A DNA stretch of 64,000 nucleotides, counting the filler, from Basidiobolus ranarum (Eukaryota), in NCBI GenBank assembly GCA_040143965.1. It is 3 parts of 3 records of this genome, joined end to end, with 100 filler letters (N's around TTAATTAATTAA, not from the genome) between each part and the next. Parts side by side here need not be neighbours in the genome. Positions count along the whole stretch, not along the records: positions 46,596 to 64,000 come from JASJQH010000305.1; 2 more parts are not named here. The stretch is one strand, 5' to 3'. A program made the translations under genes and the position numbers. Under the pieces are notes generated by a model that had not been told where the DNA came from, made no database searches, and saw nothing but the letters and a program-made list of their open reading frames with translations. Each line of letters starts with the position of its first letter. Position 1 is the stretch's first letter. Below are positions 50,750 through 64,000 of this stretch, piece after piece.

Positions 50750-51448
50750 ATGAACAAAATTGGCGTATTTGAAGAAATCCAATATTCCTTCAAAATATTA
50801 ACTAACAATAATTTCCAGCTAGTCGAGTTTCCGGACTCCATACCTATCAATTCCACCACTTTAAAGAACTTTGCTCTGAATAAATTTTGGGATAAACTAT
50901 GGACACTCCCAATTCCCTCTGGCGAATGTACCCTATGTAACCAACAAAACAGTAGTGCTGAACACTTGATCAGATGCATCGTTCCGAGTAAGGAATACAA
51001 TGAGTTTGTTCTACCTTTGATGGACTCTTACATGCGCAAAATGAATGTACCTGCCATTAGTATTATGGAGTCTCTTGATGTTTTCAGTCGACTAAACCCT
51101 AGGTGGTCAGTAGCTTTATTCCGAGGAATACTACCAGTATCTCTAGTAGAAGCACTTATCATCACCCTTCCTACACAATTAGTACTTCCTATCTTAAATC
51201 GATGGAGTACGTTGAGCACATTATGGATATACAACGAACTTTATCTTCCTCTTAGACAAAAGGAAAAGAGATTTCAGAGACGTATGTCTGTAGAGTACAT
51301 TTCGACTGAAGCAGAATCCGAGTCTGACTCTGACGAAAGCATATCTGTAAATCCCGAAGAAGTCTCATATCCCAACAAAAAATCCCAATTCCCATCTCCC
51401 CCCGACTCCGACTACGATTCCGCACGAAAGCCAGTCTTTTGTATATAG
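50750..51448 (+). CDS. ORF with a zf-RVT-like CCHC finger (possible non-LTR retroelement remnant)
   Basis: FWDKLWTLP...CTLC-x7-EHLIRC. Confidence 0.45.
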   Translation: MNKIGVFEEIQYSFKILTNNNFQLVEFPDSIPINSTTLKNFALNKFWDKLWTLPIPSGECTLCNQQNSSAEHLIRCIVPSKEYNEFVLPLMDSYMRKMNVPAISIMESLDVFSRLNPRWSVALFRGILPVSLVEALIITLPTQLVLPILNRWSTLSTLWIYNELYLPLRQKEKRFQRRMSVEYISTEAESESDSDESISVNPEEVSYPNKKSQFPSPPDSDYDSARKPVFCI

Positions 51449-51840
51449 AGAAGAACCACTGAAAATATTATCACTTAATCACCCAACAACCGCGCATACC
51501 TTGATTGTTTATTAGCATACTCACAAACTTCTCTTGTAAATTTTAATAAATACACCACAAAAGAGCAGATCTAAAAGTGTATATTGGGATAGGAATGGAT
51601 GGTCTAGATTTAGGAACTTTACGGAGGATTAGGAAGATTATATCGTTACACAGTAGGAACTCCATCTTAGACTAGAACTTGAGATTTTTCATGGATCATG
51701 AAGCCTGTTTAGGGTAAGATAGTTGTGTTAGGGTTAGGGCTGACTAACCAATTCGAATTAAAATTAGAAAAAAAAGACAACCCATGAAGAACTTCATATA
51801 GTACTGTTGGTTTGTATACGCAAAGTAAAGGGACAAGAAT

Positions 51841-52631
51841 ATGGCCAAGTCAAAGAGTAAAGCTCCAGAAAAAAAGGAGGAGAAACCGAAACAAAATCCT
51901 AGTATGGAATAAGAACTTTGTATATGAATCTGTAATGGAAGGATCTCATACTGACGAATAAATCGTTGATAAATTGTTATTTAGCCACTAGTGAGATAGA
52001 CGATATATTCGCAACTAAAGGAAAACCAACAAATGATACAGATAATAACAAGCGTAAAGGTACTGCTTTTTCTGAATTAACCGCGACACAAACTTTCAAT
52101 TTTTCTAATTTCTTTGATACGCGATTATAGCTGACGAGATTGACGATATCTTTGCCGGGAAGAATGCCAAGAATGTAGCTAATGAAAAAAAACTCCCCAA
52201 AATTGAAGATAGCAAGAAAGCTAGTAACTCGACCGATACTAAAGCCAAAGAGATTGTATTTGTTGATCCAGATAAGAAGTCAACTAAGCAGAGTAAAAAA
52301 GATCTTAGAGTTAACGACGACGACGGGTTTTCGGATAGCCGTGGAAAACAAGGGAGTACGTAGATGTTTGCTTTGTAGCATATGCTCACTAAGTGGAGTT
52401 GTTCACGATTTTATTTCAATTAATAGGAAAGACTACTGAAGAAGGTTATCCAGTCTTCGATTCGAGTGAGCTCAATATCGGCACTGGTGGAGGTAAGCTC
52501 ACTTGTAACAAAAGAATTAGCAGCAGATTACTTAATCATATACTATGTAGATACGGAGGATTGTCCATTCGATTGTACCTGTTGTTGTAAGTTCTTTGAT
52601 TTTTACATTCACTTTGATGTATCTAGGCTAA
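51841..52631 (+). CDS. DUF1764-family small protein, multi-exon
   Basis: EIDDIFA twice, DDGFSDSRG, RKTTEEGYPVF..ELNIG.GG.TEDCPFDCTCC. Confidence 0.85.
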
Positions 52632-52801
52632 TTTGAATCTTTAGATTGAAACCACTGACTTGGCCCTATTTCTAATGGTGCCTCCTGAAATTCCGAATCA
52701 ATTTTAATAACTATAGATTATATAAAAAGATGAAGCTGAATAAAAAATTCCAATTTGATCAGTACAAATAAGTTTTTTTTTTCTGATAATTATTTGGATA
52801 C

Positions 52802-54289
52802 ATGATGTCTAGGTTAGCTAAACTAACGAAGCCGCTCATCCCGCTATTAAACACTCGCCGAATCTTTTCATTCACCAGGTATAGAAGCATGTCAACCTCC
52901 GGCCAGGGCGGATATGACTCTTGGTCAAAAGAAAAACTTATCGAGAAACTTTTACAATACGAAAAACGCGAACAAACACCCACTGTCAATGCCAGTTCTG
53001 CAGGTGGAGAATCTTCTTTACTCACCACCTTTAAGCGTAAATTCAACTCTTCCGGAGAACCTATTAAGTCTAAAAAGAAGAAGAAGAATAAGTATGGACC
53101 CAAGGTTAAAAGAAACCAGCGGCCTTTTGATATCACAAAGTACCCTAAGCGTCACATAGCGCTTAAGGTGGCTTATTTTGGTTGGGATTATTATGGCTTC
53201 GCTAGCCAAGGAGAGAATGGAACAGTGGAGACCGTGGAAGACCAACTATTTAGGGCTTTGTTAGGGGCTAGACTAATTGCCGATCCTTTGACTTGCAATT
53301 ATTCTCGCTGTGGGCGAACCGATAAAGGTGTTAGCGGGCTAGGCCAAGTGATAGCCCTTGATATCAGATCCAATATTCCTCAAGGAGATGACGTTCAAGA
53401 AGGGGGAGCACACATAGAAGAGATAGGATATATAGATACAATCAACAAGCAGCTTCCCAAGGATGTCAGGGTTATAGCCTGGTCCCCAGTGGAGGACACA
53501 TTCAACGCTAGATTTGACTGTCGTTGGAGAAAATACAAGTACTATTTCCCTCGCGGAACGCTCAATATAGAGAAGATGCTAGAGGGAGCAAAGCTGTTTC
53601 TGGGGACTCATGACTTCCGAAATTTTTGTAAAATCGATGCTGCCAAACAAATATATAATTATGAGAGAACGATCCTTGATGTTGATATAAGGAAGATGGA
53701 GGGGGTTGATTTCCCATCCCCAGAGCTGGAGTTTTACGAGCTCAATCTCACTGGAACAGCATTCCTCTGGCATCAAGTTCGTTGTATGATGGCCATCCTT
53801 TTCAATATCGGCCAGGGGTTGGAAGAGCCATCTCTTGTGCAAAAGATGTTGGATGTCGACGCACTGCCTTCGAAGCCCAACTACGAAATGGCCAGCGATC
53901 TCCCGTTGGTTTTGTTTGATTGCCATTTTGATAAGATTGACTGGCAGTTCGATAACAAATCATCGATGATAGGTTTATCTCGACTTCACAAGCATGTTCT
54001 ACAACAGTGGAATGTGTACACTGCCCAATCGATGATGTTCACTGCGATGTATAAAGAGCTTGGTTCCTTGGCAATCTCTCCTCCCTCAGATTCTCCATGC
54101 AAGTGGAGTGAGTATGTAGCTGCTGGGAAGAATAAGTCTGTTGGGACTAACATCGTTCTAGGTGCTGGTCGTGGACTTCGTGTGAATACCTATATTCCGA
54201 TGCTTGAGAGACCGCGCCAAGAGCCCTTCGACATACTCAATGCACGCTATAGCAACAGACGTCAACCTAATGCTGAGGCATCGGATTGA
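52802..54289 (+). CDS. PUS3: tRNA pseudouridine 38/39 synthase (TruA family)
   Basis: RHIALKVAYFGWDYYG, YSRCGRTDKGVS, FNARFDC, HDFRNFCK, AFLWHQVR. Confidence 0.95.
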   Translation: MMSRLAKLTKPLIPLLNTRRIFSFTRYRSMSTSGQGGYDSWSKEKLIEKLLQYEKREQTPTVNASSAGGESSLLTTFKRKFNSSGEPIKSKKKKKNKYGPKVKRNQRPFDITKYPKRHIALKVAYFGWDYYGFASQGENGTVETVEDQLFRALLGARLIADPLTCNYSRCGRTDKGVSGLGQVIALDIRSNIPQGDDVQEGGAHIEEIGYIDTINKQLPKDVRVIAWSPVEDTFNARFDCRWRKYKYYFPRGTLNIEKMLEGAKLFLGTHDFRNFCKIDAAKQIYNYERTILDVDIRKMEGVDFPSPELEFYELNLTGTAFLWHQVRCMMAILFNIGQGLEEPSLVQKMLDVDALPSKPNYEMASDLPLVLFDCHFDKIDWQFDNKSSMIGLSRLHKHVLQQWNVYTAQSMMFTAMYKELGSLAISPPSDSPCKWSEYVAAGKNKSVGTNIVLGAGRGLRVNTYIPMLERPRQEPFDILNARYSNRRQPNAEASD

Positions 54290-54920
54290 AGGCCGCATCA
54301 CATCGCACATATAATTTGATTCTAATATTGTACACTAAATCAGTATCTCAAGGAGAAATAAATCACCATAGAGTACAAGCCTTGATATAGGTCGTGGCCA
54401 TCTCTTTGTATCCTAATCATATGTGATCCATTCAGTGCTTAATGTTCGTTGATATAGAGTGAACCTAGTTGTCTCCGGGAAAGTATGCTGATGATCGTCA
54501 AAAATATGGCATTTGGCTAGGGCTTATGGGAATAACAATACTCCTCTGCTCACAATGCGTGCTTAAACATCGTAGTGCATCTTTGGGTAGGCAATGTATG
54601 CATCATGGGATTTAGCAGTGGGGGTGAGGGTGAGAACGAGGGTGAGAATGAGAGCATATATTGAAGAATCATCCTCATCCTTATCCTCATAGTTATAGTT
54701 CGCGATGCAGTCATCATAAAATCAGATGGATCTAGTGTATACTTGATTGAGCCAATATCATCATTCGAAATCAGCCAATCTATTATAACTGGGATTGACG
54801 AATACATGCAAGCTGCGTCTGCTTATTCTAAACTTGCCTAAAATCGTATCCCCACTCATTCTTGTAAAAATAAAACAAACTTAATAACATACCGCTTCGT
54901 TGTCTTACATTTCTTACTTC

Positions 54921-58163
<3,243 letters not shown>

Positions 58164-59241
58164 AGGGGTTGTCGTGAATTGAATTGAAATATCTCCCTTC
58201 TCTTCATTCTTTATGAAATATATTTTATTTGAAAATTGTATGTAATATGTACATACCTTTCAACACTCTTATGTATCACTTAATCATTTTCATCCTTTAT
58301 CCTTCATTTTCCACCCTTCACTCCCTCACCTTTACTCCTTTGATTTACTTTGTTCACTATTAAATGTTCATTCTTAGTATGCGCATCTAACCACCATCAC
58401 TTTGGTTTTTACATAAAGGAACACTTGTTTGGGCTTTCCCCAACGATATTTGAGACCCCTGTGGATTGAATAACACAAATAAGCAACCAAGCGCTATTAT
58501 AATGGATTCAAGCATCAAGACATTATATCGGATCTCTTATTGATTCATAATTAATTCATGACTTTAATTCAAAATTTTCGATATCTTTCTATTACATATA
58601 TCTATTCATTTAGCATTAGAGAAGGTATATATATTGTCACCAGTGAACTTGTTGGGAACTGGGCGAAAGGGAGGGGAGGGGGGGATTATTATGATTAAAT
58701 TTGTGTACTAATCATATATCAAATATTGATGTATTGATTACCACTAATAAGGAGTTCATCAGCATTATATGATCAAGGAGAGCAGAGTATTCCTCGAAAC
58801 ACCCAACCATTCACCATTATAAATTAAATCCCCTTTTCACCAGAAGATTAAGATTATAGAGTTATAAAATCACTAGCGATAGATAATGCATTATCTGATC
58901 AGATATTCAGGAAAGTGGCTAAATAGTGAGAGTAATCCAAGACTGGAGAGTACATGTATTCATCACATGTACAACATCAAACTACCATGATGATGAAACC
59001 AGGAGAGAACCAAGTTCAAGACGATTGGATAAAATGGATGTCTAATGATAGAGTACTATAAAATCAAAAACCATGAGATGAATGAATGGATGATTTCAAT
59101 TTGGGGGATTTTGAGTAACTTACCATAATTATTTCTATAGTGAATAAATCCAAAGTCACTTGAAATTCTTGGTGATAGTAATTCACTATGAAGTGAAAGT
59201 ATGCTTAGTAATTGGTGGTACTAGATCTCGTCACTGCTTCT

Positions 59242-60144
59242 CTAATGGGATTTAGAATTGATGTCCATTTTGGATGATACTACTTGCTTTGAAGTATTCG
59301 AATTGGTTCGAGAATTCGGTAATAATGGTTTAACCTTAGAGCGGCAAGAGATCAGTCGATTCTCCAACACTTTAACGCGATCCATAATTTCGTGAAGCAT
59401 AACAATGGGACGTCCCTCTTTTCGTCGGTATTCAGATAGTCTACGAACTGTAGGGAGAGGAGAGGGAGGTGTAGGAGATTGAGATTGTGAAGTAAAGTCG
59501 GGGGGATTTTCTTCGGTGCAAGTACTTCTAGTAGAGGTCAGTGAGGAAGGAGAGTTAGAGGGTGTAGGACTAAGAGCGGGAGATATGGGGGAGTGAGAAC
59601 GAATTACACAAAGTTCATTTTCCAAGTCAGCTAGTTCGTCTTTAAGTCTTTGAATTTCCTCTTTCATTTGGTTACGTTTAGTAGTTTCTCTTTCGAATTT
59701 GGTTTTCCATTCACGAGCCTCGTTATATTTTACTTCCATATCGGACAAAGAACTATGTGCGACTCTTTTAAAATTTTCCAACTCTTCGTTATCCATTTCT
59801 AAGTTAACAGCTCTACGTTGTATTCTCTCATATCCCTCACGAAGGATTTCGATTTCTTTTTGAAGGGAGAGGATATTATCATTGGAATTAAGACTAGTCG
59901 TTTGATGCTTTTGAGTGAGTGTCTCAAGTTCAAAAAGAAGACTTTGATTATGGGTTTTTAGTTTCGTATTCTCTACTTCTAATACCTGAAGTTCTCGTTC
60001 TAACTCCTCCTCAAGCTCTCTTGAAGATACTTGAAAATCATCTAATGTTATTCGCGTATCCGTCAGTTCCTTCTCCAAAGACAAGGACATATTTCTCCAA
60101 TATGAAATATCTTCATGAGAAGTTGAAATAGACAATTCTGACAT
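59242..60144 (-). CDS. NudE/NDE1-like coiled-coil dynein regulator
   Basis: YW...LDDFQVSSRELEEELE, LEMDNEELE, EEIQRLKDEL.DL..EL, RVKVLENRLISCRS. Confidence 0.8.
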   Translation of the reverse strand: MSELSISTSHEDISYWRNMSLSLEKELTDTRITLDDFQVSSRELEEELERELQVLEVENTKLKTHNQSLLFELETLTQKHQTTSLNSNDNILSLQKEIEILREGYERIQRRAVNLEMDNEELENFKRVAHSSLSDMEVKYNEAREWKTKFERETTKRNQMKEEIQRLKDELADLENELCVIRSHSPISPALSPTPSNSPSSLTSTRSTCTEENPPDFTSQSQSPTPPSPLPTVRRLSEYRRKEGRPIVMLHEIMDRVKVLENRLISCRSKVKPLLPNSRTNSNTSKQVVSSKMDINSKSH

Positions 60145-60949
60145 AGATGTAACAATGTATATATTGCGCAAGTTATTACTAGATCAAATAGAGAAAGGGG
60201 AGAGGGAAGAGAGAGTAAACACAAAGAACAGAGAGAAAAAGGCGATTAAGTTGGGATTGAATAGAGTTAAAACTTATATAGCTCATCAACACTGACACCA
60301 TGAATGAATGCAAGGTGGTTATGAATCATAGTAGGATTGATTGTTTCAAGGTGATATCAGATGCAGCCTCAGCAGAAAAGTATGTGGATATATATGTACT
60401 CAAGATCACACTCAATCCTCAAGAACAAGTGGATTTAACCGGATTGTTTTTCTCCAATGCATTCGTTGAATATTGGAATTCATGGTCACTCCATTGATAT
60501 CGCCCAAGATAATGATTTGATGCACTTACTCCAGGTAATTGTGAATCCATAGGTATTGTAAATGTTGCTGTTTGCCTAAGTTGCTGCTTGGATGAATGTT
60601 TGATGAATCAACGTCTTCCATCGAAGGCAGAGTGAAAGGAACCTCTTAGCTGTCTCAATTTAATATTGAAACAGGCTTGATACTGACCGGTATTTTAGCC
60701 ACTCCTAGGACTAGCGTAGATGATGGGGCTTGTTTAGTTTAACCCTGGCTAACAAAACAGATGAAGGCTGCACCAGGTGTACATCAATCAAGTAGATGAG
60801 CATCAGGCGAGATAAACAAACACAAAACTGCGACATAAGCTACATTCAGCAATGAAAAGGTTCTTTATTGAATTGGTCAAGTATACAAATCATACATATT
60901 TAAATATAGATATAGAGTAGATATTACTAAACGACCCGTTGGGCTTGGT

Positions 60950-62174
60950 TTAGAGTTTGCCTAGGAGCTTTTTGGTCACTTTGGACTTCTGTCCACCAAG
61001 GATGGTAATGCCGTGCTGAGGGGTGATTTGTGCCACTTGACCTATTGAATTAAATTCATATTTACTAGCCAATCAAAATACTTGGAATTCTAAATTTAAT
61101 TTTACCAGCATAAGAATCATCCTCAATTAGAAGCATGAATGCATCTACCACTTGTTCCACTGAGACCATCTTGACCGAGGTCAAGAATTTATCAAAATCT
61201 GCGGCTGACGCTCTTCCCTTAGTAACAAGATTGGTGGCTGTGGGGAACAGAAAGAGAGTTAGAAAGCATGTGGACAAATCTCTGATATTGAGTCCATACC
61301 AGAGAATGATGGTGCAACTGCGTTTACTCGAATATTCTCATGTCTCAAGGTATTGAGAGCTCTAGAAAATCCGATAACCTATCACATGTTAAAAATCATC
61401 CCTATAATAGTTCGAATTACTACCTAAATAGTTACCCCAGATTTGGCTGCAGTATAAACCGGCGATAGAGACAAGGGAATAATCCCGGCTAGAGAGGCAG
61501 TGTTGACAACCACTCCAGAACGTTTATGTTTTTTGAAATGACGAACAGCTAATCTGGTTCCTTCAATAACAGCGACGAGATCTATATCCAGGGTTTTGTT
61601 CCATTTGGCTAGAAGAGAGGGGTTGAAGTGTTTTTAGAAGTCAGTATCTTTTCGTAAGGGAATAATGTATACATACGAGTTTCGCTATCGTAAAAGCCTG
61701 GGGCATCGGTGATACCTGCATTGTTAATCACAATCTAAAGAAAATATTTAGTGGGTAAATAAAGCCAGCTTGTCAGTTACTTCAAACAAACCTCGGCAGC
61801 GGTAAAATTCTTTTCAGCTACGGTGAAAAGTTGAACAAGATCTTGTTGCTTGGTAACATCACAAGTTTGAAATACGGCACATTTCCTCTTTCTGAGTGTT
61901 TATAGAGAATTAGCGACAATTCAAACCGAAGTCACTGAAACAGTTACTAACACTTTCTCATTAAGCTCAGTTTCCAATTTCTTTCCTTGTGTTGCATCAA
62001 TATCAGCAAGGACTACGTTAGCGCTGTGGATAGTAGTGAAGTGGTTAATGAACGATACATTGGTAGATATTATCTTGATTAACCTAACCCCTTAGAAACC
62101 AGTCTCTCGGCCAAAGCTTTTCCAAAGCCAGAAGAACCACCAGTAATAATTGCGCATTTACCTTGGACGTGCAT
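60950..62174 (-). CDS. Short-chain dehydrogenase/reductase (15-PGDH-like), multi-exon, C-terminal GKL
   Basis: AIITGGSSGFG, VINNAG, VVNTAS, PVYTAAK. Confidence 0.9.
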
Positions 62175-62582
62175 TTCAACGAGTATATCACAAAATTCAA
62201 TTTGGGCTGAACTAGACTTAATCTTTCGCCACAATTTTATATGGAAATCTGAGATGAGATAAACACAGAATTCCCACGTCATGGCACGATACATCCTCTC
62301 AACACTGAAACTAGGTGATACCTATTTGTCAGTGAATGCGGTCGTCATTAGCATTGTGCGTTTGCAGGCACTTCATAGCTTTCTCAACTGGAGACGCTTA
62401 AACAAATCACCATCCCTCAAGCTAGTTAACTAGATAAGCAACCTCTATGCCAAGTTAGTCCAACTTTTCACGCTAATTTGGTACAACTAGAAACACTTCA
62501 ATCTGAGCTTGTGACTAGAATTAGGCCAAAAGCATGCCAAGCTTCTATATATGATTAAGTTGAAATTGATTACGTATTTATA

Positions 62583-63155
62583 CGTTGTTGGGGGCTATTG
62601 ATTAACCCTAGTTAACCCTTGTATCGCCTGTGCAGCTCATTAGGGAGGTTCCTGTCGCCTAGTTGACTACTTGTAGAAGTGATCTCCAGAACGCAACACT
62701 CGTAGCAGAATGGAACTAAAAGGTTAGCACTGCCACTCCGCCCTGATAGATTCCCCGGATGCTAGCAAACAAAAACAGATCTTCTGAGGCTCAAAGCACC
62801 GCACACAACCACCCCGCTCTAAATCAAGATGATCGAGTAAATATGTGTAACTTCTCTTTATTTCTGTCCAACCGCCTCATTACAGGGTGATGGTCAAGCT
62901 GAGTAGAGAAAGGATTTATGCATAAAACCTGCATTAAATGAAAGGGAATCTGAGAATTGGCTTAGCCCTGGAAGGAAGACAACAAACCAAGCTACTGACT
63001 TGATCCCATCTGTTATCCACTTCCGGCTGGTCGTAGGTAGGTAGAGGAGAGCAATCAATTATGCTAGATATATCCATCAGATCACTATTTTTTTCATTTA
63101 ACCAGGGATACTTAGGGTTAGGGTTGTTCCAATGATCATTGTAGCGACATTCATA
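62583..63155 (-). ncRNA. Candidate telomerase RNA with CR4/5-like junction and putative H/ACA 3' end
   Basis: Template AACCCUAACCCUAA (63112-63125), long hairpin downstream, P5/P6/P6.1 three-way junction (62681-62750), enclosing long helices, ANANNA at 62619-62624, ACA at 62586-62588. The 5' end is uncertain. Confidence 0.55.
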
Positions 63156-63567
63156 GTAAAACCCATATCGAAATTTATATCGAATCCAAATTTTAATGCA
63201 AAATATCAAAGGACGGCGATATCAACGAGATTTTCCACCCAGGTTTCATGTAGTACCATTCTCAAGCCATTCAAGGTTCTTTCCTTATCATTCCAATTTT
63301 ATAGCTCGAAATCTTCCTTTGTTAGCTAACCAACTTCTCTATAAAACCTCAGTAACCTTCCCCTTCTTACTGAAAAAATCCTTGGTTTTGGTTATTCACT
63401 TTCCTGCCCACATCTAAAAAGAGAACCCTGGTCAAACCTAATGCTTAAAGGTAGAGACTACTACATTCTCCATTTATAAAACCATATTTCTTCGTTTATG
63501 CAGTCGCATTGATCCCGAAGTCTTTGTTTTAGCTTTCCATTTTTCTCTTTGAGAGCTTTCCATACTG

Positions 63568-64000
63568 ATGCGTACCTCTTCCTTAAATACCACAGTATGC
63601 TCTAGTACAAAAAATGACATCACCCCTGTTCCAGACTCCCTTATAAAGGGGACTAAAATGCTTAAACTTTCTCCTGCAAAACGTCACGAACGTACATTTT
63701 GGCTCGATCCTGCTCAAAATCGTTTACTATGGGACTCTAAAAAACGGTCTAAATCTGCAGTAGGTGTGTACTATTTATAGGTTCATCAGAGCAGTGTAAG
63801 TCAGCCTATTCTAACGAAATCATTTTTGTAGTCAATATGGAATGGATAAAAGAAATCCGAGTTGGACCAGAAGCCAAAATATTTAGAAAGCAATTTAACT
63901 TAAGCTCCAGAGACCAAGACAGATGGTTTAGTGTGGTTTATGTTGAAGGAGGAAAATATAAGAATTTAAATCTTGTCTCACCAACGAGGGAATTGCTAAA
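63568..64000 (+). CDS. PLC1: Phosphoinositide phospholipase C, N-terminal PH domain (truncated by the window edge)
   Basis: VPDSLIKGTKMLK...FWLDP...LLWDSK, then an intron, then IKEIRVG.EA..FR.QF...RWFSVVY...YKNLNLV, typical of fungal PLC PH domains. Confidence 0.75.

Noticed and set aside
54620-54690. GAGGGTGAGA / TCATCCTCAT quasi-inverted repeats
   Set aside because: Low-complexity sequence with weak, non-specific pairing.
62934-63417. Short ORFs over the telomerase RNA candidate
   Set aside because: No recognisable domains; NPNP is just the translated template, and base-pairing explains the region better.

Overview
AT-rich, intron-rich eukaryotic genomic DNA. The gene content (Zn2Cys6 factor, fused urease, muskelin, SH3-PX-BAR nexin, 7TM-RGS, U12 introns) points to an early-diverging fungus, possibly Basidiobolus-like; this is an inference. 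The window holds about 25 protein genes: housekeeping genes (methyltransferase, cyclin, urease, sorting nexin, VPS9 GEF, PPCS, FEN1, RPS26, PUS3, muskelin, NudE, SDR, PLC), several small secreted proteins, a tandem array of F-box/ankyrin-like genes, and two 100-nt assembly gaps. The strongest signal outside the ORF track is a structured RNA of about 570 nt on the minus strand (about 62583-63155) with telomerase RNA architecture: a TTAGGG template, a long P2 hairpin with a possible pseudoknot, a CR4/5-like three-way junction, and a candidate animal-style H/ACA 3' end. Other highlights are three copies of an snR30/U17-like H/ACA snoRNA, two minor-spliceosome (U12) introns (one AT-AC), a stand-alone Brr2 N-terminal 'plug'-like gene, a frameshifted bacterial-type PHB depolymerase, a possible CRESS-virus Rep fossil, and a TTAA-flanked inverted-repeat element. 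All structures and homologies were assigned by eye, with no folding or database search.
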